DNA from: Cyanobacteria bacterium auto_48_18
GTDB taxonomy: Bacteria > Cyanobacteriota > Vampirovibrionia > Obscuribacterales > Obscuribacteraceae
DNA: 64,000 nucleotides
Assembly (NCBI GenBank): GCA_036170915.1
Contig: JAVHQC010000004.1
Coordinates: 37,933 to 101,932, forward strand
Direction: 5' to 3'
The position numbers and the translations under genes were made by a program. The notes under the pieces are model-generated. The model was not told the origin of the DNA. It made no database searches and saw only the letters and a list, made by a program, of their open reading frames with translations. Below, in pieces: positions 1 to 9,858 of the stretch (positions within the stretch are counted from its first letter, which is position 1; each line of letters begins with the position of its first letter).

Positions 1-420
1 TCTAGCCAACATAGATTGTTTTTTGATTTTAAAATCTCGATATTCTTCTTCGAGCTCATTCATTCTTTGTTTGAGGGCGGTGGTGGCTTTTTTCTGCTCA
101 CTAATCTGTACTGTGAGCGTGTCCACATTCTCTTTAAAATCTTTTTTCTTAGCAATGCACTGGCGTGCCAGGTCGTCATTATTCTGCTCCACGGCCATAA
201 CCGCTCGCTTTTCCCACATTGCTAGTTCGTCGCTGTTTTTTTGCAGCTGACCTTCCATCATTTTTTCATTGGTCAGAGCAGCGGTCACGGCTTCTTTAAC
301 TTTCTTAAGGCCGCTTTCCAACTCCATCTGTGCTTGCTCGGCCAGAATGGTTGGCGTCTCCATTTTGCTCACACCCTGGTTGAGCATGCCTTTGATTACG
401 TTTTTCAATCGGTCAAGCAT
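1..420 (-). CDS. pspA: PspA/IM30 (Vipp1) family protein, 5' part, runs off the window
   Basis: Not in the ORF track. Manual translation from ATG at 420: MLDRLKNVIKGMLNQGVSKMETPTILAEQAQMELESGLKKVKEAV...WEKRAVMAVEQNNDDLARQCIAKK, the typical PspA/IM30 pattern; purine-rich RBS-like sequence upstream. Confidence 0.9.
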   Translation of the reverse strand, partial: MLDRLKNVIKGMLNQGVSKMETPTILAEQAQMELESGLKKVKEAVTAALTNEKMMEGQLQKNSDELAMWEKRAVMAVEQNNDDLARQCIAKKKDFKENVDTLTVQISEQKKATTALKQRMNELEEEYRDFKIKKQSMLAR

Positions 421-502
421 TTTTAATTCCTACCTTAGCGGCGCCTGTTAGCTGCCCACCCATAATACCCCCGGAGCTCCAGTTTGTAACCGACCGGCCC
501 AG

Positions 503-2320
503 TTAATCAAGCAGTCGGTCAGCGCTATCCGTGCCTGTTGGTAAGAGAAAATTGAAGGAGGCACCGCCCTCGGCGCCGTTATCAACCCAGATTTTGCCCC
601 CGGCGCGCTCGACTATGGTTTTACACACGCTGAGCCCCAGGCCTGTAGATGGTGTGGATGTTTTTGAATTATCAAGCTGCTTAAACGGTGCGAAAATTTC
701 TTGGCGAGATTGAGCCGGAATGCCACTACCCTGATCCAGAACTGAAAAGATTACTTGATTGCCTTGAGGCAAAAAACTGTTTACTTTGTAGGGTCGCGAA
801 GCTACTTCAATACGGCTGCCCTCCGGAGTAAATTTAATAGCGTTAGAGATCAAATTGATTAAGACCCGCTCTAATTCTGACTCTGTGCCGCGCACCATTG
901 ACCAATCGACCTTCGAGACTATTTGTACGCCTTTGGCCTGTGCCAGGCTGCGCACGGCCTCGATAGAGCGACTGATAACTGTTTTATTTGAGCACATCCC
1001 TTGCGAGACGGCAATTTCAAGTTTGGTCGGGTCGGTGGATTGATCAAGTTGATTGAGAAGATTGCTCAATCGCTCAACATTAGAGGCAATGACGGCCAGT
1101 TGTTTATTGCTCCAGGTATCTTGAGCCGGTTTGGTTGCCGCAATTTGTTTTGCCTGGCTGATTAAGGAGGATATAGTTTTGAGCGGTGAACCCAGCTCTA
1201 GAGTAAGGTAGCGACTGATTTGATCCCGTAAGCGCTCAACATTAGTTGAGTCGGTAATGTCGTGTGCCACGCAAAAATATGACTGGGATTGTTCATTCCA
1301 GTTTACTGTCCACTGAGTGTGGTCAGGCACACTCAGGAGGTTTTGCGTATCGAGTTGAAATACTTTTCTTGCACCGGTCTCACGAGCCATTTCAACTTGG
1401 CTCTCCAGACGCAAACGCACAGTGCCACTGAAAAAACCAAATAAATTTTGATCGATTAAGTCAGGCATGCCCTGGGCAAGCCAGTTTGATACTGTGATGT
1501 TCCCTTTAACAATTTTTCCGCTGGGTGAAACTTCAAGCAAAAAGGCTGGTGATAGTTCATACAAATTATGCTGACGCGAGCTGGCGGTGGCCAGCGTTGA
1601 GGCAATATGCAAAAGAGCGCTGTCGATTTCTAGAAGCTCTTGTGGCGCTAACTGTAGCGGAACCAATTTTCTTTGGGCTGCCATTGCCCTAGCGTTTTGA
1701 AGAATGTGATAAATGGGTTTGTAAGCCAGCTGCCCCACAAGCCAGGCCAAACAAATACCACCAATAGAAGAAATTGCCAGGCCGGTGATCAAAAACTGTT
1801 TTACAGCAGCCAGAATGATTACGGTATCACCAGAGGTGCCCCGGGCGCGCTCAATAACTTCATTGGCGACCATATTAATGTCGGCAAAGATTTGAACGGT
1901 AGCCTTTTGTACTTCTGCATTTGCGTCTTTCTGTGAGTCAGAAAAAGATAGTTGTTTCATATCTTCTTCCAGTTTTTTTTGATGGGCCAGAATACTCTGC
2001 AGTCTTTTTCTGGCCTCTGGTGAAAGAGATTGATATTGAAAAACCTTGCGAGTAGTTCTGTCTATTGTAGAAGTAGTGGTGGCCTCGGCAAACAGGCTGG
2101 TGCTATTTTTCTCGAGCCTCACGGCCAGAAGTTTTTCCAGCATTGCTGTCACTAACTTTTGCAAATCAATAGTGTATCCACGAGCGGCAATTTCAGCTTT
2201 TACTGCTGATTCGGCGTTCCTTACTTGCCAGTAAAGTACTGTAGAAAAAATTATCTGGCAAACTAATGGAATGCACAGTACGAAAATACCAAGCCATTTA
2301 AGGGAGATTGAATATTTCAT
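503..2320 (-). CDS. Membrane PAS sensor histidine-kinase-like protein; intact HATPase, H-box His absent
   Basis: Two TM segments, PAS-like region, N box NLISNAIKF, G1 DQGSG, G2 GLGL; H-box position reads YLTLELGSPL. Confidence 0.85.
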   Translation of the reverse strand: MKYSISLKWLGIFVLCIPLVCQIIFSTVLYWQVRNAESAVKAEIAARGYTIDLQKLVTAMLEKLLAVRLEKNSTSLFAEATTTSTIDRTTRKVFQYQSLSPEARKRLQSILAHQKKLEEDMKQLSFSDSQKDANAEVQKATVQIFADINMVANEVIERARGTSGDTVIILAAVKQFLITGLAISSIGGICLAWLVGQLAYKPIYHILQNARAMAAQRKLVPLQLAPQELLEIDSALLHIASTLATASSRQHNLYELSPAFLLEVSPSGKIVKGNITVSNWLAQGMPDLIDQNLFGFFSGTVRLRLESQVEMARETGARKVFQLDTQNLLSVPDHTQWTVNWNEQSQSYFCVAHDITDSTNVERLRDQISRYLTLELGSPLKTISSLISQAKQIAATKPAQDTWSNKQLAVIASNVERLSNLLNQLDQSTDPTKLEIAVSQGMCSNKTVISRSIEAVRSLAQAKGVQIVSKVDWSMVRGTESELERVLINLISNAIKFTPEGSRIEVASRPYKVNSFLPQGNQVIFSVLDQGSGIPAQSRQEIFAPFKQLDNSKTSTPSTGLGLSVCKTIVERAGGKIWVDNGAEGGASFNFLLPTGTDSADRLLD

Positions 2321-4188
2321 TCCATTTCCTTCGATTGTGGCAATGAAACTGTGGCTTGCTGCACGAAGCCCTTGTCAAGAATCAGTGAAATACTGCCGCC
2401 GTGACTGCGAATAATGTTGTCAACCAGGTAGAAAGACATGGGTAAATTCAACTCCATGATTGAGTCGCTGTCTATGGTTATGGCTGCTGGTGAATTGGAA
2501 AAGTCACCGTCATTGGTGGCTTCTGGCAGGTAGCCGACAAAAGTGGTTTTGCCAAACGCTTCGCTTATGATCAGATTAAACTGCTGGGCGCGCACCACTC
2601 TTTCGATCAAAATCTCAAAAATCGAAATTAGTGAACGTGTCAGTAATTCTTTGTCACCGCTGATAGTGCTCTTGCGTTCACTAATGATGTCGGTGCTCAC
2701 AACCGGATAAAGCGTCTCCAGCCGTTCTGCCACTGCTGCCGCCAGCTCTAGAGCTGGTATTTTACTTTCAGTAATGCCGATATTGCCCGATTCGATTTTT
2801 TTCCAGTCGAGCACATCGGTCACCAGTTTAGTCAGCTTTTGCGATAATTGGCTCGCGTCTTTTAATAGAGATGCTTCGCGCGGAGTATTTTTTTCGGCGT
2901 TCTTCATCGCCAGTAACTCTATACTTGTAGACATCGACATTAATGGTGTGCGCATGTCGTGACTTAGAGTTGAACAAATATTTTCGCGCAAACTTTGCAT
3001 CTGGTGCTTCTGGGTAATGTCATGACAGACGCAGAGAAATTCTTTTTCGGCTGCTACCCAGTGAATAGTCCAGAGGAAAAAAGTCTCGATGCCGCTTACA
3101 TCTAAATGCTGGCATTCTACTGATCGCGAGCCACCTTCAAGTTTGGCCCGATTAAGTGTCTTGAGCATAGGTGCTACAAAGGGCTCAGCGATTAAATTTT
3201 CAACGCTGGTTCCAATTAGACTGTCTGCCGGATAACCCCAGAATACTTCACATGATTTATTCACTCTGGTAATCAAACCGTTTGCATTTAATGAGCAGAG
3301 CACATCACCAGAATATTGAACGATAGCTAATTCTGATTGGTGCAAATTACTAATTTCAATAAAAGCCGTCTGAATTTCTTTAGCGAGCTGAACTATTTCA
3401 TTGTTCGTGTGCCTGCTGCGCTCCAGATAAGCAGCGGTTCTTCGAGCATGAGCGTCTAGCTCATCATCATCATCATCACCAGCATAATCATAATCGTCTT
3501 CATTAGAGGACGATGGAATTTCTTCCGGGCGCCCAGTTTCGATTTGTTTCTTCAGTCGGTTTAGTGGGGCAATGATTTGTCCATTGAAAATACTGATGGA
3601 TAGCCAGGTCACCGCAAGGCTGAGAGCATTGCTGAGCAGAAGAAAAGGCAAGAACAACAATTCCTGGCGGTGCAAGTTGGCCAGAGAATTATGTTGCAAC
3701 CAGTCTTCAGCCTCTTCGCGAGCACCAAATAATGTTCTTGAAGCCAGTCCGATTGAGAAGAAGCCCATTCTCATCTGTTTTAGTTCTTTTGGACCAATGG
3801 GTTTCTTTAGTAGTAACCTTGTCTTTTCCGCTACGGCTACGAAGTTGTCGCAGAGTTCAATGGTCTCATCGTTGTACAGCGCCAAGCGCGGATTCTCGCG
3901 CACCGCGGCAGGAAAGTCCGCTCGCATGGTTTTAAGAGCGGCAATTACCATGGTGGCAAAGCGTTGTCCTTCTTCCGAATTTGCATTGGAATCGGTGCTT
4001 AGAAGCGTAAAAAGCATGCACAATTTTTCTTCAAAAGCGAGTACCATGCGCACTCTTTCAATAGAGTGTTTGTGAACGATATACTCGAACTGCAATTGGT
4101 TGAGGGCGTATGTGGCAATGACAATGCTAATCAGGCCGCTGCAAACGGGCAGCAGCATGAGCAGTATACATTTCAAGCGGATGGACAT
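2317..4188 (-). CDS. Membrane PAS sensor histidine-kinase-like protein; intact H-box, degenerate HATPase
   Basis: Two TM segments, PAS, H-box LSHDMRTPL; no recognisable N/G1/G2 boxes; ATGA overlap with the next gene. Confidence 0.85.
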   Translation of the reverse strand: MSIRLKCILLMLLPVCSGLISIVIATYALNQLQFEYIVHKHSIERVRMVLAFEEKLCMLFTLLSTDSNANSEEGQRFATMVIAALKTMRADFPAAVRENPRLALYNDETIELCDNFVAVAEKTRLLLKKPIGPKELKQMRMGFFSIGLASRTLFGAREEAEDWLQHNSLANLHRQELLFLPFLLLSNALSLAVTWLSISIFNGQIIAPLNRLKKQIETGRPEEIPSSSNEDDYDYAGDDDDDELDAHARRTAAYLERSRHTNNEIVQLAKEIQTAFIEISNLHQSELAIVQYSGDVLCSLNANGLITRVNKSCEVFWGYPADSLIGTSVENLIAEPFVAPMLKTLNRAKLEGGSRSVECQHLDVSGIETFFLWTIHWVAAEKEFLCVCHDITQKHQMQSLRENICSTLSHDMRTPLMSMSTSIELLAMKNAEKNTPREASLLKDASQLSQKLTKLVTDVLDWKKIESGNIGITESKIPALELAAAVAERLETLYPVVSTDIISERKSTISGDKELLTRSLISIFEILIERVVRAQQFNLIISEAFGKTTFVGYLPEATNDGDFSNSPAAITIDSDSIMELNLPMSFYLVDNIIRSHGGSISLILDKGFVQQATVSLPQSKEME

Positions 4189-4203
4189 ATTGTACTTAGG
4201 TAC

Positions 4204-6459
4204 TTAGTGTTGTTGACCGGGCAAGGGCAGGAGCTGTGAGCCACTTCCGGTTACCCAGCTGGTGTACAGGGTATGTTTGCTACCGGCCAACTGCTCGAGC
4301 CAGATTGGGGCCGTCCACATTCTATCTAAATTGGCAGTGATCGGATCTTTTCTGTGCACTTCAACAAAATATGCCGAGTTGTGACCAACTTTGCCGGTAA
4401 TCGGATCAAAGGCCACTGTTTTAGACGTTTGCAATAAATCGGCACCAGTCAAGACTCTTTCTTGTAGTACCGTGGCCAATTTGCCGTCACCGATTTTGGT
4501 ATCACCCCAGAGTTTGACTGTGTAGGCTGCAGCTGGGTCTACCACGCCGTCTATTTTCATTTTTAGAGCCAGGCTTGGCACCACACTTTGGTCAACAATG
4601 CTGCCCATGACAAACTTGTCGTTGGCGATCATCACTCCACTGAGATTTTTAGAGCTGGTTGTGGCAATTGTGCGACGTTCACGCATGGCTTCAAGAATGC
4701 TCGGTTTGTCTAAAGCTTTGGCATAAAATCCTGTTGCGCCTGGGTTTCCAACGGGCTCGCCAAAATGGAAATCGCGTCCAAAAGTAGGGCTGGCGTGGAC
4801 TTTTTTGTCAATGTAGCCGGCAAAGCTGGTGGGATCCAGGTCGCCGGGAGCGACTTTGTCCACCGGATTTTCTTTCATGGCGCCGCCCTTAATCAACTCA
4901 ATTTGTCTGACGTACTTATCGGCAAATCGCTCCAGCCATTCCTTTTGACTTTTGAATGATTTCTGACCGTAGTCGCGACCTCTCGCCCAGGCCGCAGTGG
5001 TGGGATTTTCATCAGCCAGGTAGCGGGGGTGATTGAGTTGAATGATTGGTGTGTTACCGGTCTTGTCCACAATTTTGTCTAGATGAGTGACCATGGCCTT
5101 ATAATCACCGTCGTTATATTTAATAACGTCTGGCACCGTCACCACCGGTTCTGGTTCTTTACCCATAGTTCTCATGATGAAGCTGCGCAAGCCGGTTCTA
5201 GGTTCTCGAATGGCCTCAAAAAAAGTAGGCACTTCAAAAAGATTGATGTGGTTGACTCCACCCAGGTGATCGGCTTCGTTAGATTCGTGGCGTGCTTTCT
5301 TTAGATCAAATAATCCGGCTACTGTTTTTGCTTCGCCCACACTCTCTGCGTTTACCATGCCGTGAGTGTGCCCGTGTTCCGCACCGGTTTTACCGATGGT
5401 ACCCATTTCGGTGCCAACAAGAGAAACATGCTTGCCATTAACAGTGGTGGCAGCAGCATCGGCAAAAGTCTGAGAATATGAGATGGGGTTTTCAGTATTG
5501 ATGGGGGTACCGGCTTGATCTTTGACTCTGGCGTCACCAGCGTGTATACCACCTCTGGCCGCGGCATGATTGTGGTCGGTAATGGTGGTGACGTGTTGGC
5601 CTTGAGCGGCAGCTTTGGCATATAAGTCTTTGGGCAGCCCCATACCGTCTGAATAACGTGAGTGGCCGTGCAGCGATCCGAAATACATTTGCATGCCATT
5701 GCTTTCGCCGGCCGTGCCACCATCTAAGGTGCGCTCGATATTTTTGTTGACGAAACTATATTGCTCTAAGCGTCTGGTTAAGGCGCCGGGTTTGAAGATA
5801 CCTTTTTCTAGAGGTGTGAGGATTGCCCCCGCTTCAGCCTCTTTGGCATTGGCAAGCACGTTAATTTTGCCAACATTTGCTGTGGGCGTTTCGCCAAAGC
5901 TATTTTTTAACCTTGCCAAAGCTACCAGAGCTTCATTTTCGCCTTTTTGAATAAGTTTCTGGCTGATTTGGCCAAAGCTACCGATGGCAGATTCATGCCT
6001 GGCCAGTTTGGAGCCGAGTTCTGTACCGCCGACGCCGCCCACCAGGCTGATGCCTAAATCAAAGCCACCGACAACGGCTTCGCCAGCCAGTTTCTTTGAA
6101 ACATCGTCCATGCTGACGCCTGATTTAATCTGGTTGCGGGCTTCTTCAACACGTCCGTAACCGCTTACAATTACTGGTATCGTGAAGGCGGCACCAATCA
6201 CCATGGCTGCTGGCCCTCTGGCCGGTAGCACGTAGCCTAGAGCTGCACCCATCGCGGCTGAAGACACTAAAGTCGTACCCACATGCAGTAGCGCTTCTGC
6301 TGGTTTTTCATAAAGCTCTTTGGCAAAGGCGACACTGGCATCAGGAATATGCTGAGCCGTCTCCTGTAGCAGTTCCACAGTCGACACATCGGTGCCGTTG
6401 CTGTTATTTGAATTTATTGCGCTGGACGCACTTTTGGAGACAAGGGGCATCTTCACCAC
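4204..6459 (-). CDS. PHP-domain (CehA/McbA-like) metal-dependent hydrolase with hydrophobic N-terminal extension
   Basis: LHGHSRYSDG, ITDHNH, LNHP and DFH motifs; start may be ATG 6450. Confidence 0.7.
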   Translation of the reverse strand: MVKMPLVSKSASSAINSNNSNGTDVSTVELLQETAQHIPDASVAFAKELYEKPAEALLHVGTTLVSSAAMGAALGYVLPARGPAAMVIGAAFTIPVIVSGYGRVEEARNQIKSGVSMDDVSKKLAGEAVVGGFDLGISLVGGVGGTELGSKLARHESAIGSFGQISQKLIQKGENEALVALARLKNSFGETPTANVGKINVLANAKEAEAGAILTPLEKGIFKPGALTRRLEQYSFVNKNIERTLDGGTAGESNGMQMYFGSLHGHSRYSDGMGLPKDLYAKAAAQGQHVTTITDHNHAAARGGIHAGDARVKDQAGTPINTENPISYSQTFADAAATTVNGKHVSLVGTEMGTIGKTGAEHGHTHGMVNAESVGEAKTVAGLFDLKKARHESNEADHLGGVNHINLFEVPTFFEAIREPRTGLRSFIMRTMGKEPEPVVTVPDVIKYNDGDYKAMVTHLDKIVDKTGNTPIIQLNHPRYLADENPTTAAWARGRDYGQKSFKSQKEWLERFADKYVRQIELIKGGAMKENPVDKVAPGDLDPTSFAGYIDKKVHASPTFGRDFHFGEPVGNPGATGFYAKALDKPSILEAMRERRTIATTSSKNLSGVMIANDKFVMGSIVDQSVVPSLALKMKIDGVVDPAAAYTVKLWGDTKIGDGKLATVLQERVLTGADLLQTSKTVAFDPITGKVGHNSAYFVEVHRKDPITANLDRMWTAPIWLEQLAGSKHTLYTSWVTGSGSQLLPLPGQQH

Positions 6460-6565
6460 CCGTTAGTGGCACTACTCTAAGGCCGAGGGTAGCGCGGGCC
6501 ATTGGGGAAAATACTGCTTCATGGGCAAATTACGAAAGAATTTAATGCTTGTCCGGAGAAACTCT

Positions 6566-6967
6566 TTACGAGCGCTGACTGCGATTGCGAATGGAAGAAA
6601 GAATAGCAATGGCAATTCTGCTGCCGTCAGCCTTATCTTTAATCAGATAGTTGTCTGCTCCGCTCTGTAACGCTTCGGCAAGGAGATCGCGATCCTCCAT
6701 TCCCGTAACGATGATAATAGGCGTGTTATTGGCCTGAGCTCTCATGTCCAGATAGGTTGAGAGGCCATTCGAATCAGGTAAATTCAAATCAAGAATAATG
6801 CACTCGTGTGTTTCTTTGCCATACTTTGTAATTGCTTCATCTAAGGTTTGCACATGGTCTAAGGTGTGAGGAAATTCCACCACTTCCAAAAGCATTTGAG
6901 TCATGAGCATAGCGTCTGAAGGACTATCTTCCACCAGCAAAACAGAAGTTGGCTTGATCTCAGTCAT
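6566..6967 (-). CDS. Single-domain response regulator
   Basis: LLVEDSPSD, ILDLNLPD, YLIK; ATG 6967 overlaps the end of the upstream gene. Confidence 0.85.
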   Translation of the reverse strand: MTEIKPTSVLLVEDSPSDAMLMTQMLLEVVEFPHTLDHVQTLDEAITKYGKETHECIILDLNLPDSNGLSTYLDMRAQANNTPIIIVTGMEDRDLLAEALQSGADNYLIKDKADGSRIAIAILSSIRNRSQRS

Positions 6968-7409
6968 TCCGACCGCCGTTAGGTGGAACAGTGGCGACAA
7001 CAAAATAAAAGTTTTGAATATCTTTGACTATACTGATGAACTTTTCAAAGTCTACCGGTTTCGTAATGTAGGCGCTGGCTTGCAGGTTGTACGATTCGAG
7101 CACGTCTCTTTCACTTTCTGATGTGGTCAAAATAATTACAGGAATTCGCTTGAGCAGAGGGTCTTGTTTGATTTCTGCCAATATCGAGTGACCATTTTTT
7201 ACAGGCAAATTTAAATCGAGCAAGATCAAGTCAGGCACCTGAGCATCGCTGTATTTGCCTTTCCTTTGTAAATACTCCATGGCATCGCCGCCATTGTCGA
7301 TAATCGTCAGGGTGTTCATCACGCGGCTTTGTTTGAAGGCTTCCACTGCCAGTTCGGCGTCTGATGGACTATCCTCCACCATCAAAATCTGAATATCTTT
7401 GACATTCAT
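6960..7409 (-). CDS. Rcp1-like single-domain response regulator
   Basis: VEDSPSD, PDLILLDLNLP, LKRIPVIILTTS, YITKPVDF. Confidence 0.9.
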   Translation of the reverse strand: MNVKDIQILMVEDSPSDAELAVEAFKQSRVMNTLTIIDNGGDAMEYLQRKGKYSDAQVPDLILLDLNLPVKNGHSILAEIKQDPLLKRIPVIILTTSESERDVLESYNLQASAYITKPVDFEKFISIVKDIQNFYFVVATVPPNGGRND

Positions 7410-8863
7410 TACGCTACTATCTCCTCTACTTTTTGTACTTTGATGGCGCCGGTGTTAATGGGCAATTTAATCATAAATTTCGAACCACTACCAACGGTTG
7501 AAATAGCAGTAATGGTGCCGCGATGCCTCTCAACAATGCGGCGACAGAGAGCCAAACCAATGCCTGTGCCTTCATATTGACTGCGTGAATGCAGGCGCTG
7601 GAAGAGCACAAATATTTTGTCTTGATGTTGCATGTCAAAACCGATGCCGTTGTCTTCAACGCATATTTGCCAGTTGGGAGTTATTTGCAAGGCGCTAATT
7701 TCTATTTTAGGAGTTCTATCGCCACGGTATTTGATTGCGTTATTAATCAAATTGACAAAAAGCAGGCGCAACTGGCTGGCATCACCTTGCAAGGTAGGCA
7801 AAGACTGATCGACTTTAATTTCTGCTGCAGTTTCAGCAATAAGAAGGCTCAAATCTTTGAGAGCGTCTTTAACTACCACGTTCAAGTCAATTGCTTCCAT
7901 CTGACCACCGCGCGATTCTACTCGAGCATACTGCAGCAAACCGTTAATCAGCGCACGCATGCGTTCAGCACCCGACACAGTCTGTTCAATCCATCCGTCT
8001 GCTTGTTCGCTCAGTTGACCCTTGTAGGTTTTGGCCAGTAAGGTTGTAAAACCTTGCACTGCCCGTAGTGGCTCTTGTAAATCGTGAGAGGCGACATATG
8101 CAAACTGTTGCAGATCTTGATTTGAGCGGGCTAAATATTCGCTAGCTTCACGCAAAGACTGTTCAGTGGCCAGGCGCAATTTTATTTCGGCTTCAAGTGC
8201 TTCGGTGCGTTTTCTTTGATCTTCAGCAAAAGCATTGTTCAGTTTGTAGGTATAAATTAGTGATGCTGCTTCCAATAAGGTGAAGACGGCGATCAATGCG
8301 CCTACTGAAACTTGTAAGGAGGCCACCGCAGCTTCGCGTTTCTTCAGCAGCTGATTTTGCCACATGTCTGATTCAGCAATTAAATTGCGAATTCTATCCA
8401 TGATCAGTTTGCCTTTATAGGTTTTGATTATTGCGATGGCCTCATCAGGTGACCTTGAATAAGACTTTATTATGGAATCGATAAAATCAAGTTTGTTTTT
8501 GACTTCTCCTCTGATTTTCTGCATGCGCGCAGTCTCAACCTCGTCATCGGCAGTCAAATTTTGCAGCCTATCGGCAATTTCGCCTGCTCGATGGCGTGAT
8601 TTGTTGAGAGGCTCGAGAAAAGTAGCATCACCAGTGGCCATGTATCCTCGTTGACCAGTTTCGCAGTCGAGGCAGACCAATAGTAGTTCTTTGCAACCGC
8701 TGATTACTTGATGACTGTGAGAAACCCATTGTTGAGCTACGCGCAATTGAGCGATTGCCCATCCGGTGGCGGCCAGGGCGAGCAAAAACAGACACCCGGC
8801 AATAGCCAGGGCGTAAGCCGTTTTCTTGTTGACACTCTGCGACAAATCCGCCTCACGTAGCAC
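7409..8863 (-). CDS. CHASE3 sensor histidine kinase with Cph1-like transmitter
   Basis: WVSHSHQV...ETGQRGY (CHASE3); FAYVASHDLQEPLR; LFQRLHSR; GTGIGL. Confidence 0.9.
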   Translation of the reverse strand: MLREADLSQSVNKKTAYALAIAGCLFLLALAATGWAIAQLRVAQQWVSHSHQVISGCKELLLVCLDCETGQRGYMATGDATFLEPLNKSRHRAGEIADRLQNLTADDEVETARMQKIRGEVKNKLDFIDSIIKSYSRSPDEAIAIIKTYKGKLIMDRIRNLIAESDMWQNQLLKKREAAVASLQVSVGALIAVFTLLEAASLIYTYKLNNAFAEDQRKRTEALEAEIKLRLATEQSLREASEYLARSNQDLQQFAYVASHDLQEPLRAVQGFTTLLAKTYKGQLSEQADGWIEQTVSGAERMRALINGLLQYARVESRGGQMEAIDLNVVVKDALKDLSLLIAETAAEIKVDQSLPTLQGDASQLRLLFVNLINNAIKYRGDRTPKIEISALQITPNWQICVEDNGIGFDMQHQDKIFVLFQRLHSRSQYEGTGIGLALCRRIVERHRGTITAISTVGSGSKFMIKLPINTGAIKVQKVEEIVA

Positions 8864-8908
8864 ACGGCTTATTATTGCAGCTTAGCTGGACAGTCACCTT
8901 AGTGAAAA

Positions 8909-8935
8909 GGAATTCGCGGTCTAAACACGAATTCC
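8909..8935 (-). terminator. Possible intrinsic terminator after the fasciclin gene
   Basis: GGAATTCG...CGAATTCC stem with short A/T runs on each side. Confidence 0.4.
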
Positions 8936-8985
8936 CTTTCTTCTGCAGCTCAAAAATCATGGAGCTGCAAAGTTTTGTTTGTAAT

Positions 8986-9543
8986 TTACTCAGCCAGTCT
9001 CGGCATAATGGGCTGGTCTATGATGTGAATCACACCGTTAGAACACTGAATATCAGCCTCTTTAATACGAGCCTTGTCTACATAAAGTTCTTTTTTATTG
9101 TCTTCAGTCTTGCTTGAAACATTGATTTTGTGTTTGAGGTCCATTGGTTGCAATGTTCTTTGCATAGCGATGGCGTCAGAATTGATTCTTTGGTCTTTGA
9201 GAACGTGATAGCTCAGTACTTCCGACACACGTTTTGGATTGTTGAAAAGTGACGTCTGGTCTTCACCTGGCATTTTGCCCCAGGCTTTGTCGTCTGGTGC
9301 AAAGAATGTGAATGGTCCTCGTCCTTTCAATTGATTGTCCATGTTGTAGGCAATGGAAAGGCCGTCGAGAGTTTTATGGAAAGAACCACGTCGTTTCAGC
9401 TCATTGACGATATCGAGCTTATCAGAGGTGGATCCTTTACCAATGACAGCTGGGTCTTTGGCAATACTTGGGGATTGAGCCAGGGCTGTTAAGGCTATTG
9501 CTGACAGAGCTGTGCATAGCCATTTGTTACTAGATGATTGCAT
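8986..9543 (-). CDS. Secreted fasciclin (FAS1) domain protein
   Basis: Signal peptide; GPFTFFAPDDKAW, LSYHV, ADIQCSNGVIHIID; start at 9543 inferred. Confidence 0.9.
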   Translation of the reverse strand: MQSSSNKWLCTALSAIALTALAQSPSIAKDPAVIGKGSTSDKLDIVNELKRRGSFHKTLDGLSIAYNMDNQLKGRGPFTFFAPDDKAWGKMPGEDQTSLFNNPKRVSEVLSYHVLKDQRINSDAIAMQRTLQPMDLKHKINVSSKTEDNKKELYVDKARIKEADIQCSNGVIHIIDQPIMPRLAE

Positions 9544-9755
9544 GAATTTTCTCCGTTGGGCTGTTTGGCACCGAATATGGTGCGGTTGCATTGATGTTTA
9601 GTTATTAGATGTTTATTTCTGGATAGTCATATCCGGGATTGAATTGTTTTAGTTTTTGAATTGCCGATCGCTCCTCCTTCGACTGACCTGCCGTCGAAAA
9701 GTTTCTTTCTGAACAAATTATTCTTTGCTGAGCAAGCTAAGTAGGCATGAGAGGA

Positions 9756-9780
9756 GGAACTTCCGCGGCGTGCTATGGTC
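9756..9780 (+). promoter_or_regulatory. ECF-type promoter GGAAC-N17-GTC for the cyclic glucan synthase
   Basis: ggaac ttccgcggcgtgctatg gtc. Confidence 0.75.
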
Positions 9781-9858
9781 TATGACTCCACCGCAGGAAG
9801 CTGGAGTCTGGAGCGTGTTGCCTGGGCAATATGGGCAAAACGCGTCAAGAGGTAGTCT

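Noticed and set aside
16..451. Short + strand ORFs at the window start
   Set aside because: Antisense to the PspA/IM30 frame on the minus strand
6566..8863. CHASE3 kinase with two receivers as a phytochrome system or part of the ECF regulon
   Set aside because: No PAS-GAF-PHY module and no promoter motif found; this is a common operon type
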